Of a stretch of 64,000 bases of DNA, positions 9,453-20,206 are shown one piece after another. The notes below the pieces were generated by a model. That model was not told the origin of the DNA and did not search any database. It saw only the letters and a program-made list of their open reading frames with translations. The position numbers were made by a program, and so were the translations under genes. Position 1 is the stretch's first letter. Every line of letters starts with the position of its first letter. The DNA is from Bacteroidales bacterium (GTDB lineage: Bacteria > Bacteroidota > Bacteroidia > Bacteroidales > DTGW01), in contig JAOAFU010000128.1 of assembly GCA_026416115.1 (NCBI GenBank), positions 678 to 64,677 of the forward strand, given 5' to 3'.

Positions 9453-10688
9453 TTATTTGATTTCAATTGTTTTTCTAAGCATATTTAGAGCTGCAATAGT
9501 GCTGCGTTGGATATTTCTGATCCTGTTATCACCGAAAAGGAATTTCTCGCTCACAATATTTTTAGGCGAAGCAACGGCAATCCATACAGTTCCAACAGGT
9601 TTTTCGGGGCTACCCCCATCTGGGCCAGCTATTCCTGTTACGGCAACAGAATAATGTGTTTCAAATTTGTTAAGACATCCTTTAGCCATTGCTTCAGCTG
9701 TTTGCTGGCTTACAGCACCATAATGATTGATTATATCAGGGTTTACATTTAATTCGTTAATCTTTATTTCGTTAGAATAAGCTATAATGCCGCCTTTATA
9801 GTATGCCGAAGCCCCAGGTACCGATACTATGGATAAGGATAAATTACCACCCGTACAGCTTTCGGCTGTTGCTAAAGTGGCATTTTGACTCATAAGTAGA
9901 TGTCCAACGATCCCTTCTAATGTATCGTCGTCGTAGCCAAAGATGTAAGGTGCAATTATTGCATGCAGTCTTCTTTCGGCATCTTCGATAATTTCCTTTC
10001 CATGAGGATTGTGATAAACTGAAAGTCTAACTTTGACAATGCCCGGCGAGGGGAGGTAAGCAAGCTTTACAAATGAGGGTAAAGATTTTTCCCATTCAGA
10101 AATCGTTTCAGCTAGCTTCGACTCTGAAATACCAGTAGTTAATATGGTGCGGTGATATATATTTTCGATGCCTGCTTTTTTAGAAAGAATAGGAATAACA
10201 TGGTCGTCGAACATTTTTTCCATCTCAAATGGGACACCAGGTAAGGCAAAATAATATCGTCCTTCTTTTTCAAAAAACATACCTGGTGCAGTGCCAATCG
10301 GATTATTAAGCAGGGTACAATTATCGGGCACCCATGCCTGACTTTTGTTTAGATCATTGAGAACTCCTCCTCTTTTATCAAGAAAAGCTTTAACTTGTTC
10401 TAAAACATCTGGCCTGAATTCGAGTTTACTGCCAAAATATTCGCACAAAGCGGGCTTGGTAATATCGTCGGAAGTGGGGCCTAATCCACCTGTTAGAATA
10501 ATTACATCGCTTTTCCGATGGGCATTTTCGAGGGATGATAAAATATGCTGTTTGTTGTCTCCAATTACAATCGCCTCTTTTACGGATATTCCTATAAGGT
10601 TAAGCTTACGAGCTATGTATGCGGCATTTGTATTTACTACCTTCCCAATTAGTAATTCGTCTCCTATGGCAATGATTGTTGCCTGCAT
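9453..10688 (-). CDS. cinA: CinA-family competence/damage-inducible protein (MoCF-binding domain plus PncC-like NMN deamidase domain)
   Basis: N-terminus IIAIGDELLIGKVVNTNAAYIA and C-terminal half ATAESCTGGNLS...GIAGPDGG are typical of full-length CinA. Confidence 0.9.
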   Translation of the reverse strand: MQATIIAIGDELLIGKVVNTNAAYIARKLNLIGISVKEAIVIGDNKQHILSSLENAHRKSDVIILTGGLGPTSDDITKPALCEYFGSKLEFRPDVLEQVKAFLDKRGGVLNDLNKSQAWVPDNCTLLNNPIGTAPGMFFEKEGRYYFALPGVPFEMEKMFDDHVIPILSKKAGIENIYHRTILTTGISESKLAETISEWEKSLPSFVKLAYLPSPGIVKVRLSVYHNPHGKEIIEDAERRLHAIIAPYIFGYDDDTLEGIVGHLLMSQNATLATAESCTGGNLSLSIVSVPGASAYYKGGIIAYSNEIKINELNVNPDIINHYGAVSQQTAEAMAKGCLNKFETHYSVAVTGIAGPDGGSPEKPVGTVWIAVASPKNIVSEKFLFGDNRIRNIQRSTIAALNMLRKTIEIK

Positions 10689-10700
10689 CGTAGGATAATG

Positions 10701-11618
10701 TTACTGGATTGATTCGATATTGTAAGGAGTACTTTGATATACGTAATAATTTAACCAGTTGGCAAAAAACAAATTAGCATGACTACGCCAGGTTACAACA
10801 GGACGCTGAGAAGGGTCGTCGTTCAGAAAGTAGTTTTGTGGGATATCAATATCCATTCCTTTATTTTTATCCCGAACATATTCCTGGTGAAGCGTGTGAG
10901 GGTCGTACTCGAAATGGCCTGTAACAAATATTTTGCGTCCACTTTGGTCCATTACAATATGAATTCCTGCTTCGGGCGAGTATGCAACAATCTGAAGTTC
11001 GGATATCTTTTCAATATCTTCGCGACGTACTTCGGTATGACGCGAATGTGGGGCCATAAAAACATCGTCGAATCCTCTTACCAGAGGTATCATAGGATCG
11101 GTTACTACGTGTTCGAATACACCAAACATTTTCGAAGGCAAACGATATTTTGGAACTTTGTAAAAATGATATAGCCCTGCTTGAGCAGCCCAGCAAATAA
11201 ATAAGGTTGAAGTTACATGGTGTTCGGTCCAGTTCATGATTTCCTGAATCTCTTTCCAATAATCGACTTGCTCGAATTCGAGATGTTCGATCGGAGCTCC
11301 TGTAATAATAAACCCGTCGTACTTGTGTTGCATTATTTCGCGATAATCTTTATAAAAAGTTTTCAGGTGCTCCTGAGGAGTATTCTTAGAAATATGGCGA
11401 GCAATATGTACCAATTCTAACTCGATTTGTAGAGGAGAGTTGGAGAGCATTCGGATAATCTGAGTCTCTGTTGTTTGTTTTATAGGCATCAGATTGAGAA
11501 CGGCTATTTTCAATGGACGAATATCTTGATGGATAGCCGTTGATTCGGTCATAACAAAGATGTTTTCTTTCCGTAAAACATCTATTGCAGGTAATCGATC
11601 GGGTACATTAATAGGCAT
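10701..11618 (-). CDS. metA: homoserine O-acyltransferase (MetA family)
   Basis: MPINVPDRLPAIDVLRKENIFVM...LKIAVLNLMP...ITGAP: canonical MetA N-terminus and length. Confidence 0.9.
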   Translation of the reverse strand: MPINVPDRLPAIDVLRKENIFVMTESTAIHQDIRPLKIAVLNLMPIKQTTETQIIRMLSNSPLQIELELVHIARHISKNTPQEHLKTFYKDYREIMQHKYDGFIITGAPIEHLEFEQVDYWKEIQEIMNWTEHHVTSTLFICWAAQAGLYHFYKVPKYRLPSKMFGVFEHVVTDPMIPLVRGFDDVFMAPHSRHTEVRREDIEKISELQIVAYSPEAGIHIVMDQSGRKIFVTGHFEYDPHTLHQEYVRDKNKGMDIDIPQNYFLNDDPSQRPVVTWRSHANLFFANWLNYYVYQSTPYNIESIQ

Positions 11619-11646
11619 TGTTCGAATATTTTATTAAAAATTGCTG

Positions 11647-11654
11647 CAAAGGTA
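11647..11654 (-). promoter_or_regulatory. candidate -7 box (TACCTTTG) for metA
   Basis: Exact TAnnTTTG match 29 nt upstream of metA. A second match (TAACTTTG) lies at 11674-11681. Confidence 0.35.
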
Positions 11655-11693
11655 GTGTGTTTGGCAAAAACAACAAAGTTAAAGATGCTTCCT

Positions 11694-12389
11694 TTACAAT
11701 TTTACAAAATTGTCGAGCATTCTTCCTAATATGCTGTTGATCTCATTAAGCAGATACGACTTCTCTCGCATTTGAGAAACAGTTTGGATAAAAGGGCCAC
11801 TTTCTTTCAACTCTTCATCTGCATTATCGAGAAAAAGTTGCAAAAGTTCTGGGGTTACCTCAAGATGAAACTGTAAACCAAGTACATGCTTATTCCAGAT
11901 GTACGCCTGATGCTTGCATGCTTGAGAGCTATATAATAGTTCGCATCCCGAGGGAAGATCGAAAGTGTCGCCATGCCAGTGGAAGGCAATAAACTGTCGG
12001 GGGAGTCCTTCGGTTACTGCGTGGTTTGTATTTGAGTGTATTACCTCAAAAAAACCTATTTCTTTCCACTGGTTTCGGAAAACTTTTGCTTCGAGCACTA
12101 AAGCAAGTAACTGGCTACCTAAACATATCCCAACGATTTTCTTTTGATGAGCAATGGCCTCTTTAAGAAATTTCTTTTCAGTAGCTAACCAAGGATATTT
12201 ATTCTCGTCGTGGACACTCATAGGCCCACCCATGATTATCAACATGTCGTATTGGTTGTGACGGGGTAAACTCTCCATCATGTGAAAACGAGTAACGCTA
12301 TAGCTAAATCCTCTATCTTTTGCCCAGTCTAAAATGTAACCAGGCTCTTCAAATAGCTCGTGTTGAAGAATATGCAGTCGCATAACCAT
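11694..12389 (-). CDS. class I glutamine amidotransferase-like protein
   Basis: GICLGSQ nucleophile elbow plus HWHGD and QFHLE motifs, indicating a GATase1 fold. Confidence 0.8.
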   Translation of the reverse strand: MVMRLHILQHELFEEPGYILDWAKDRGFSYSVTRFHMMESLPRHNQYDMLIIMGGPMSVHDENKYPWLATEKKFLKEAIAHQKKIVGICLGSQLLALVLEAKVFRNQWKEIGFFEVIHSNTNHAVTEGLPRQFIAFHWHGDTFDLPSGCELLYSSQACKHQAYIWNKHVLGLQFHLEVTPELLQLFLDNADEELKESGPFIQTVSQMREKSYLLNEINSILGRMLDNFVKL

Positions 12390-12586
12390 TTTTTTATAAA
12401 ACCCTTGAAAATAATATTTGTTTAAAGAACAAGTAACAAATTAAATTGAATATCATTTTTGATTTTTAAGTGTAAAAATAACTATAAGTTTATAATCTCT
12501 CACATAAAGCATCTTTTAGGGATAATAGGAAGGAGGTTGTAAGAAAAATCACTTACTCTTTCCATAGATGAAACCAACGGAATGTG

Positions 12587-12594
12587 TATCTTTG
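12587..12594 (+). promoter_or_regulatory. candidate -7 box (TATCTTTG) for recJ
   Basis: Exact TAnnTTTG match 31 nt upstream of the recJ start. Confidence 0.4.
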
Positions 12595-12624
12595 GAAAGT
12601 CAAAAACTGGCTGGTTAGCATGCA

Positions 12625-14394
12625 ATGATGGAAAAAAATTGGATTATAAAAGAACAAGGGCATCCAGCCCAGGTGAAGCATATGATTGAAGTCCTTGGGG
12701 TAGAATATCCTATTGCTAACCTATTGGTGCAAAGAGGTATTACAAGCTTCGATCAGGCAAAAGCATTTTTTCGTCCTAGCCTTTCCAATCTCTACGACCC
12801 GTTTTTGATGAAAGACATGGAGGTGGCCGTAAATCGGTTGCAAAAAGCCATCAAGGATAAAGAAAAGATTATGATTTACGGCGACTACGATGTCGATGGA
12901 ACAACAGCTGTTTCCATGTTTATTACTTTTCTTAAAAATTTCACCCAAAACCTTATTTATTACATCCCTAACCGATATACCGAAGGTTATGGCATTTCTT
13001 TCAAAGGTATCGATTACGCAGCCCATGAAGGGGTAACTCTTATTATTTCGCTCGATTGTGGAATAAAGGCTACCGAGAAAGTTGCCTACGCTCGGCAAAA
13101 GGGTATCGATTTTATCATTTGCGATCATCATACTGCAGGAAAAACTCTTCCCGATGCTGTTGCTGTGCTCGACCCTAAACGTGCCGATTGCAACTATCCA
13201 TATAAAGAACTTTCGGGGTGTGGGGTCGGTTTTAAACTTTTACAAGCATTCTGCATGAGGAATAATATAGATCTTAATCATCTATACGACTTTCTCGATT
13301 TGGTTGCAGTTAGTATTGCATCCGACATAGTTCCCATAACTGGAGAAAACAGGATTCTTGCATATTTTGGTTTACAAAAACTGAATACTAATCCTCGTAG
13401 TGGATTAAAAGCAATTATCAAAATTGCTGGCATTGAGGGAAAAAATATTTGTATCGATGATATTGTCTTTAAAATTGGTCCGCGTATTAACGCAGCCGGA
13501 CGTATCGAAACGGGCAAATCATCCGTCGAGCTTTTGATAGCCGAAGACGAACAAGAAGCTTTTGGAAAGGGCGATTTAATAAACGATTTTAATAATACCC
13601 GAAAAAATATTGATGCAAATATTACAAAAGAAGCATTGGATTTAATTGCTTCAAATAAAGAAATGCAAAGCAGATACACCACTGTTGTGTATAAACCCGA
13701 CTGGCATAAAGGGGTTATTGGCATTGTTGCCTCGAGGCTGATAGAGACCTATTATCGCCCTACTATTGTTTTTACCGACTCTAACGGATTGATTACCGGC
13801 TCGGCACGTTCGGTAGCGGGATTTGATTTATATAAAGCTATAGAAAGCTGTAGCCATCTTCTGGAGAGTTTTGGCGGACATATGTATGCGGCAGGCCTTA
13901 CGCTTAGAAAAGAAAACTTTGTCGCTTTTCAGAAATTATTTGAAAAAGTAGTGGCCGAAAATATTCATACAGAGCAGGTTATACCTTCGGTTGAAATAGA
14001 TATGGAACTTCGATTAAAAGATATAACTCCTAAATTACTTCGTATCATCAAGCAATTCGAACCATTTGGGCCCGAGAATATGGCACCGGTTTTCTTTACA
14101 GAAAATGTAGTTGATGATGGAAGCGGGCGTCCCGTTGGAAATCAGAAGGAACACTTAAAACTCAATCTGTTGCACGAAGATGAGCCATTTAAACCCTATC
14201 CAGCAATTGGTTTTAATCTGGCAAATATATATCCCGAAATTGCTCATGGAACGCCATTTGATATTTGCTATTGCATTGAAGAAAATGAATATCGTGGCCA
14301 GAAGAACATTCAGCTACGAATAAAAGATATAAAACCCGATAAGAGAACAATTGAAATAAAAAATAACATGTCGAAACAAAGAGAAAGTAACTGA
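12625..14394 (+). CDS. recJ: single-stranded-DNA-specific exonuclease RecJ
   Basis: DHH motifs (IYGDYDVDGTT, DCG, ICDHH) and a DHHA1 region (GGHMYAAG). Confidence 0.92.
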   Translation: MMEKNWIIKEQGHPAQVKHMIEVLGVEYPIANLLVQRGITSFDQAKAFFRPSLSNLYDPFLMKDMEVAVNRLQKAIKDKEKIMIYGDYDVDGTTAVSMFITFLKNFTQNLIYYIPNRYTEGYGISFKGIDYAAHEGVTLIISLDCGIKATEKVAYARQKGIDFIICDHHTAGKTLPDAVAVLDPKRADCNYPYKELSGCGVGFKLLQAFCMRNNIDLNHLYDFLDLVAVSIASDIVPITGENRILAYFGLQKLNTNPRSGLKAIIKIAGIEGKNICIDDIVFKIGPRINAAGRIETGKSSVELLIAEDEQEAFGKGDLINDFNNTRKNIDANITKEALDLIASNKEMQSRYTTVVYKPDWHKGVIGIVASRLIETYYRPTIVFTDSNGLITGSARSVAGFDLYKAIESCSHLLESFGGHMYAAGLTLRKENFVAFQKLFEKVVAENIHTEQVIPSVEIDMELRLKDITPKLLRIIKQFEPFGPENMAPVFFTENVVDDGSGRPVGNQKEHLKLNLLHEDEPFKPYPAIGFNLANIYPEIAHGTPFDICYCIEENEYRGQKNIQLRIKDIKPDKRTIEIKNNMSKQRESN

Positions 14395-14414
14395 AAAACT
14401 AAAAATCACCACCT

Positions 14415-16856
14415 ATGAAGTACGGATTTTTTGATGACCAATCGAGGGAGTATGTTATTACAAATCCACAAACTCCCTGGCCTTGGATTAATTATCTGGG
14501 CACTGAGGATTTTTTCTCGTTGATATCAAATTTTGGCGGAGGATACTGTTTTTACAAGGATGCTAAATTTCGCCGTATACTTCGGTATCGCTACAATAAT
14601 GTTCCGATGGATGCCGGCGGGAGATATTTCTATATCAAAGATGGAGATATCATTTGGTCGCCTGCATGGAAGCCCATGAAGACCCCCCTCGACACTTATG
14701 AATGTCGTCATGGAATGAATTATACCATTATTAAAGGAAGTAAGAACGGTATTAAAGCGAGCGTTCTTTTTTTCGTTCCCCTGAAAACCTGGGCCGAAGT
14801 ACACAAGCTAACCCTCACCAATGAGAGCAAAGAAATTAAAAAGCTCAAACTTTTTTCATTTGTCGAATGGGCCTTGTGGAATGCAGCAACCGATATGGAA
14901 AATTTTCAACGAAACCTTTCGACAGGCGAGGTTGAAATTGACGGTTCGGTATTGTATCATAAAACCGAATATAAGGAAAGGCGTAATCATTATGCCTACT
15001 ATGCAGTAGCCAATGCTTCTATACAGGGCTATGATACCGATAGGGAGAGCTTTTTCGGTTTATATAACGGTTTTGATGAACCTCAGGTGGTAATGGAGGG
15101 GAAACCCCGAATGTCCGAAGCTCATGGATGGTCACCTATCGCTTCGCACTATCTCGAAATAGAGCTAAAACCTGGCGAAAGTAGAGATCTAATTTTTGTT
15201 TTAGGCTATGTAGAAAATCCCGAAGAGGAAAAGTGGGAAAGCAAGGGGGTTATCAACAAAAAACCCGCTAAAGAAACTATAGCACGTTTTAAAACACCCC
15301 AACAGGTGGATGTTGCTCTCGACGAATTGAAGAAATACTGGGACAATCTTCTTAGTATTTTCAACGTCCATTCGCACGACGAGAAACTCGATCGAATGGT
15401 CAACATATGGAACCAATACCAATGTATGATTACCTTCAATTTCTCACGTTCTGCTTCGTTTTTTGAGTCGGGCATTGGTCGTGGAATGGGTTTTCGCGAT
15501 TCAAATCAGGATTTAATTGGTTTTGTTCACCAGATACCTCAACGAGCTCGCGAAAGGATTATCGATATTGCTTCAACGCAATTTCCCGATGGAAGCTGTT
15601 ATCACCAATATCAGCCCCTCACCAAACGTGGAAATAACGATATTGGAAGCGGATTCAACGACGATCCGCTATGGCTAATTTTGGGTACTATAAGCTACAT
15701 TAAAGAAACAGGCGATTTTTCAATACTCGACGAGATGGTACCCTTCGATAATAATCCTGCTTTAGCTAAACCTATGTTCGAACATCTTAAGGTTTCGTTC
15801 GATCATGTGATAAATAATCTCGGACCCAATGGTCTTCCGCTTATTGGACGTGCCGATTGGAACGATTGTCTCAACCTAAACTGCTTTTCCAATAATCCCG
15901 ACGAGTCATTTCAAACTACCGAAAATAAAACTGAAGGCTCCAAAGCCGAGTCGGTCATGATTGCAGGTCTTTTTGTTGTTTATGGTAGGGAATATGCTAA
16001 GCTATGCCAGAAATTAGGAAAAGACGAAGAAGCCAAACGGGCTTTAATGCATGTAGATAAAATGATTGAAGCAGTTAAAAAACATGGGTGGGATGGTGAG
16101 TGGTTTATCCGAGCCTACGATTATTATGGCCGAAAGGTTGGTAGTCATGAAAATGAAGAAGGCAAAATCTTCATCGAGTCGCAAGGTTGGTGTACCATGG
16201 CCGAAATTGGCAAAGAGGAAGGACTTTGTCATAAAGCACTGGATTCGGTAAAAAAATATCTCGACTGCGAATACGGGATTGTACTGAATCAGCCGGCATT
16301 CTCGAGATACTACATTGAGTATGGTGAGATTTCGAGTTATCCTGCTGGATATAAAGAAAATGCTGGTATTTTCTGTCACAACAACCCCTGGATTATGATA
16401 GGCGAAACCAAAATTGGAAGGGGTGACCGAGCTTGGGAATACTATAAGAAAATATGTCCTGCTTACCTCGAAGATATAAGCGATTTACATAAAACCGAAC
16501 CTTATGTTTATTCGCAGATGATTGCAGGGAAGGATGCTTATCGCCCAGGTGAAGCTAAAAACTCATGGTTAACAGGTACGGCTGCTTGGAACTTTTATGC
16601 AATTAGTCAGTATATTTTAGGGATACAACCCGACTACGATGGCTTGATTATCGATCCCTGTATCCCCTCCGACTGGAAAGGATACACTATAACCAGAAAA
16701 TTCCGAGGGGCAATCTATCAGATTGAAGTCAAAAACCCCGATGGAGTTCAGAAAGGGGTGAAGAAGGTGCTAGTCGATGGAAAAGAGATCGTCGGTAACA
16801 TGGTACCTATTCAACCTGCCGGAAAAACATACCATGTTGAGGTAATTATGGGTTAA
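14415..16856 (+). CDS. GH94 cellobiose (or related beta-glucan/chitobiose) phosphorylase
   Basis: 813 aa. The N-terminus [43 protein letters not shown] closely resembles characterised cellobiose phosphorylases. Confidence 0.88.
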   Translation: MKYGFFDDQSREYVITNPQTPWPWINYLGTEDFFSLISNFGGGYCFYKDAKFRRILRYRYNNVPMDAGGRYFYIKDGDIIWSPAWKPMKTPLDTYECRHGMNYTIIKGSKNGIKASVLFFVPLKTWAEVHKLTLTNESKEIKKLKLFSFVEWALWNAATDMENFQRNLSTGEVEIDGSVLYHKTEYKERRNHYAYYAVANASIQGYDTDRESFFGLYNGFDEPQVVMEGKPRMSEAHGWSPIASHYLEIELKPGESRDLIFVLGYVENPEEEKWESKGVINKKPAKETIARFKTPQQVDVALDELKKYWDNLLSIFNVHSHDEKLDRMVNIWNQYQCMITFNFSRSASFFESGIGRGMGFRDSNQDLIGFVHQIPQRARERIIDIASTQFPDGSCYHQYQPLTKRGNNDIGSGFNDDPLWLILGTISYIKETGDFSILDEMVPFDNNPALAKPMFEHLKVSFDHVINNLGPNGLPLIGRADWNDCLNLNCFSNNPDESFQTTENKTEGSKAESVMIAGLFVVYGREYAKLCQKLGKDEEAKRALMHVDKMIEAVKKHGWDGEWFIRAYDYYGRKVGSHENEEGKIFIESQGWCTMAEIGKEEGLCHKALDSVKKYLDCEYGIVLNQPAFSRYYIEYGEISSYPAGYKENAGIFCHNNPWIMIGETKIGRGDRAWEYYKKICPAYLEDISDLHKTEPYVYSQMIAGKDAYRPGEAKNSWLTGTAAWNFYAISQYILGIQPDYDGLIIDPCIPSDWKGYTITRKFRGAIYQIEVKNPDGVQKGVKKVLVDGKEIVGNMVPIQPAGKTYHVEVIMG

Positions 16857-16888
16857 AATCCTAAAAATTTAAAATTTTGAAAAATATT

Positions 16889-16923
16889 GTAGGGACGCAT
16901 GTATGACGTCCCTACTTTTATTT
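16889..16923 (+). terminator. intrinsic terminator after the GH94 gene (the palindromic stem could also serve the convergent minus-strand gene)
   Basis: GTAGGGACG / CGTCCCTAC forms a 9-bp stem with a 9-nt loop, followed by TTTTATTT. Confidence 0.75.
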
Positions 16924-17034
16924 AAGAAAATTTAATCAACCTCTGCCGAAGAATCAAAGAACATCCTTCTCGTATTTTTTTTACTTGTACGATACTAGTT
17001 TTTTGGGTCTAACAAGTATTGGGCTACTCTGGCA

Positions 17035-17808
17035 TTAATAATACCTTCTGAATAAGATTGGATAACCTTTACGCGAAGTTTTAATGCGATAAATGATGCT
17101 AAAATTTGTATAATAGTAAATATCATTGAATCGCGACACAGAAGTTGTAAGTCCATCAAGGTAATCGGAAAGAACATAACGCAAGCCCATTTCGGCGCTA
17201 AATGCATATCGATTATCGTATAAAAATTTAACCATAACCCCACCCATAAGGGTTCCAGAATAATGAAAACCTTTTTTTACAACATCTATTTTGGGGGTAT
17301 AATTACTTGGTTCGCGCCAGATGTCGTTATAATGAACAATACCACCGAGGCCGCCAAAAACGTATAAACCTTTATTCGAGTAAGAACTTAACAAGCCTCG
17401 TCGATTATATAGTGCAAATGATGACCTTCTACGCTCTTCTTTTATAATGGCTCGCTCGTATTGTAAAGTGTGTTCAATTCCAAACGTATTAAAACGATAT
17501 CGACGATAAAAATTATCTCCCCCTCTATCAGTTCCGCTAATCATAATCAAGACAAGATTGAATTTTACAGCGGTAATTTCGGTAGTTTTATATCTTGCGC
17601 CTACCATTAAAGCCGGACGGGTTGTTAGTAAATTGATATCTTTAAGTCCGAATAAATTATTTTGAGTAGGAGAAGTTCCGCCGATGTCGCCAAAGTAATT
17701 AGCAAATCCAACACCGGCTATAGCTTCATATCTTGTAAGTTTCCAGCGTTGAGCCAACAAACCAGAAAAATTGAATAAAAATAACAGTATGAGTAAGTAG
17801 TTCCGCAT
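17035..17808 (-). CDS. hypothetical outer-membrane beta-barrel protein
   Basis: Signal peptide (LLFLFNFSGLLAQ), alternating beta-strand-like pattern, and an aromatic C-terminus. Confidence 0.5.
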   Translation of the reverse strand: MRNYLLILLFLFNFSGLLAQRWKLTRYEAIAGVGFANYFGDIGGTSPTQNNLFGLKDINLLTTRPALMVGARYKTTEITAVKFNLVLIMISGTDRGGDNFYRRYRFNTFGIEHTLQYERAIIKEERRRSSFALYNRRGLLSSYSNKGLYVFGGLGGIVHYNDIWREPSNYTPKIDVVKKGFHYSGTLMGGVMVKFLYDNRYAFSAEMGLRYVLSDYLDGLTTSVSRFNDIYYYTNFSIIYRIKTSRKGYPILFRRYY

Positions 17809-17831
17809 GATATGCAGCTATATTTTCATTA

Positions 17832-17839
17832 CAAAGTTA
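17832..17839 (-). promoter_or_regulatory. candidate -7 box (TAACTTTG) for the beta-barrel gene
   Basis: Exact TAnnTTTG match 24 nt upstream of the start at 17808. Confidence 0.4.
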
Positions 17840-17866
17840 ACAAATAAATATTTTTTTGGTTGGCAA

Positions 17867-18745
17867 TTAGTTGCGTATATCTGCCCCCCACATAAGTTTT
17901 TTTCTAATTGTTTGGAAAAAAGAATGATTGGGCAAACAAGCCAGCGCAACTTCAAAAGGAGCAAGTTTAATTTCGATGGGAATATCGCAGTCGAAGACTT
18001 TCGATTGTGAATCGAGTGTGACCAGATATTTCCCCGAACGGGAAGAAGCTCTGAGTTGAATAGTGCGATGATTTGGAATAATAAGCGGTCGAACAGAAAG
18101 GTTATGTGAAGCAATTGGAGATACAATGATTGCTTTTACTTCGGGCGAGACAATAGGTCCTCCAGTGCTAAGCGAATAGGCAGTCGAACCTGTAGGAGTT
18201 GATAGAATAAGCCCATCTGCCCAATACCGATTTACTTCCTCTCCATCAATAGTTGTTTCAATGGTTATAAGAGATGTGTCGTGTTTCTGAACTGTAATTT
18301 CGTTTAAAGCAAAAGGAAAAGAAAAAAAAGGATTATTTTCACAATAAAAGCTTAGTAAAGTTCGATTATCAATTCCGTAGCTACCACTAATAAGAAGGTC
18401 GATAGAATTCTCAATTTCTTCTTGGGCAATATTGGCAAGAAAACCAAGTCTTCCTGTGTTAATGCCTGCGATAGGAATCTTTTTGTCTTTAACATAGCGG
18501 ATAGACTCGAGCAAAGTTCCATCACCTCCAAGGCTGAAAAACAAATTAAAGTCGGATGAAATGTCATCGGCAACATTAAAAGTGCTATAGGAAAAGGTAA
18601 ACGAAATTCCCAGATTATTAAGATGTTGGGCAAAATGCTGATGAATAAATATATCCAGATCGTATTTTTGAATACTTCTGAAAAATAACTCGATGCCCTC
18701 CTTATAAGAGGGATCGATTCGTCGTCCAAAAACTGCCACCTTCAT
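17867..18745 (-). CDS. nadK: NAD+ kinase
   Basis: GGDGTLL motif, NTGRLGFL, and TPTGSTAYSLSTGGPIV: canonical NadK/PpnK. Confidence 0.92.
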   Translation of the reverse strand: MKVAVFGRRIDPSYKEGIELFFRSIQKYDLDIFIHQHFAQHLNNLGISFTFSYSTFNVADDISSDFNLFFSLGGDGTLLESIRYVKDKKIPIAGINTGRLGFLANIAQEEIENSIDLLISGSYGIDNRTLLSFYCENNPFFSFPFALNEITVQKHDTSLITIETTIDGEEVNRYWADGLILSTPTGSTAYSLSTGGPIVSPEVKAIIVSPIASHNLSVRPLIIPNHRTIQLRASSRSGKYLVTLDSQSKVFDCDIPIEIKLAPFEVALACLPNHSFFQTIRKKLMWGADIRN

Positions 18746-18753
18746 ATTAAGGG

Positions 18754-19419
18754 TTATATGTTCAGAAACCGCATAAACAACTCATATCTATCGTCGAGTA
18801 GTTGGCTCATTACATCATTTTCCATAAAAGATGCTTTGATGATATAGTTGTAGCGATTAAATGTTTGTATAATAGAAGTGAGATCGGTTGTGTTGAGCTT
18901 CAGTGTCACATCTACCTTAGTTGTATCGGGGCTACTCGAGATGTACATGCTGAGTATTTTGGCATCGTTACTCTCTACAATCTGCGCAATATGCGAAAGC
19001 GAGTAATCGTTTACATAAAGTTCAAGCACAATAATTGCGCCTGGGTTTTTTACAGCTAGTAATTCAGCAAAATATTTAACCAACGTATGTAAAGTAATTA
19101 CGCCCAAATAATTTTTTTTTTCATCGAGAACAGGGATAACGGTCAGATCGAGCTTGGCTACTTGCTCTATTACTTGGTAAATATGTTGGGTAGCCATCAC
19201 AAATGGCCGCTGAAGCGAAAGTGCATGATTACCAATGGGCTCATCGGCCATGTTTAAATCGTATATATCCTTGTCGGAAATAAGTCCTAAAAATTCAAGA
19301 TTATTTACAATAGGCATGTGCGAAATACGAAAAATATCCATGTACGATAAGGCCTTAAGACCTGTATCGGAAGTCCTTAAAGCAGGAATTACATCGGACA
19401 TAATTTCTTTTGCAAACAT
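18754..19419 (-). CDS. CBS domain-containing protein
   Basis: Tandem CBS-like repeats. The track ORF starts at 19491, which would overlap pdxJ and the shared promoter. The MFAKEIMSDV start at 19419 lies 32 nt from a -7 box. Confidence 0.75.
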   Translation of the reverse strand: MFAKEIMSDVIPALRTSDTGLKALSYMDIFRISHMPIVNNLEFLGLISDKDIYDLNMADEPIGNHALSLQRPFVMATQHIYQVIEQVAKLDLTVIPVLDEKKNYLGVITLHTLVKYFAELLAVKNPGAIIVLELYVNDYSLSHIAQIVESNDAKILSMYISSSPDTTKVDVTLKLNTTDLTSIIQTFNRYNYIIKASFMENDVMSQLLDDRYELFMRFLNI

Positions 19420-19442
19420 CCTTTTTATCTTAAGTATTTCTG

Positions 19443-19458
19443 TACCTTTGCAAAGGTA
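19443..19458. promoter_or_regulatory. 16-bp perfect palindrome TACCTTTGCAAAGGTA: two back-to-back -7 boxes for divergent pdxJ and CBS-nadK
   Basis: TACCTTTG reads outward on each strand. Each box is exactly 32 nt from its start codon (19482 on plus, 19419 on minus). Confidence 0.5.
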
Positions 19459-19481
19459 TTTATTTTCATAAACACGTGATA

Positions 19482-20204
19482 ATGAAAACACATTTGAGTG
19501 TAAATATAAACAAAATTGCTACCATACGCAATTCGAGAGGTGGAAATATTCCCGATGTGGTTGAAGCAGCTATACGAATTCAAGGATTTGGTGCCGATGG
19601 TATTACGGTTCATCCTCGTCCCGACGAAAGACATATTCGTAGAAGCGATGTGTATGAATTGAAAAAAGTTATAACAACCGAATTTAATATTGAAGGCAAC
19701 CCTACCGAGAGGTTTATACAGCTAATTACCGATGTCAGACCCGAGCAAGTTACCCTTGTACCCGATGCACATGATGCTATTACTTCAAATCAGGGGTGGG
19801 ATACGGTGACATATAAATCCTTTCTTTCCGATGTAGTTAAAGAATTTAAAAAATACAACATTAGGGTTTCAATTTTTGTCGATCCGGTGGTAAAAATGGT
19901 AGAGGCAGCAGCCGAAACTGGTGCCGATAGGGTTGAATTATATACTGAACCCTACGCATCGGCTTACCCTCTCAACCCTCAAAAAGCTGTTGCTCCTTAT
20001 GTCGAAGCCGCAAATGTAGCTTTAAAATGTGGTCTTGCTGTTAATGCCGGTCACGATCTCAATCTTCAAAACCTTCGTTTTCTTAAACAAAACATACCTT
20101 TTTTGGCCGAGGTATCCATCGGACATGCATTAATTTCCGATGCTCTTTATCTGGGACTCGAAAATACAGTTAAAGCTTACAAAGCTTGTTTGCAGGATAG
20201 TTGA
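19482..20204 (+). CDS. pdxJ: pyridoxine 5'-phosphate synthase
   Basis: [17 protein letters not shown]...HPRPDERHI...NIEGNP: canonical PdxJ. The track start at 19476 is GTG; the ATG at 19482 is preferred. Confidence 0.92.
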   Translation: MKTHLSVNINKIATIRNSRGGNIPDVVEAAIRIQGFGADGITVHPRPDERHIRRSDVYELKKVITTEFNIEGNPTERFIQLITDVRPEQVTLVPDAHDAITSNQGWDTVTYKSFLSDVVKEFKKYNIRVSIFVDPVVKMVEAAAETGADRVELYTEPYASAYPLNPQKAVAPYVEAANVALKCGLAVNAGHDLNLQNLRFLKQNIPFLAEVSIGHALISDALYLGLENTVKAYKACLQDS

Positions 20205-20206
20205 TT

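Noticed and set aside
12528-12536. A strong Shine-Dalgarno-like GGAAGGAGG in the recJ upstream region, unusual for Bacteroidota.
   Set aside because: It is followed only by TTG-TAA and, 31 nt later, a 16-codon ORF. There is no credible coding sequence downstream, so it is probably a chance purine run.
12721-13724. Minus-strand ORFs of 136 aa and 148 aa inside recJ.
   Set aside because: Both are antisense shadow ORFs of a well-conserved gene, with no independent signals.
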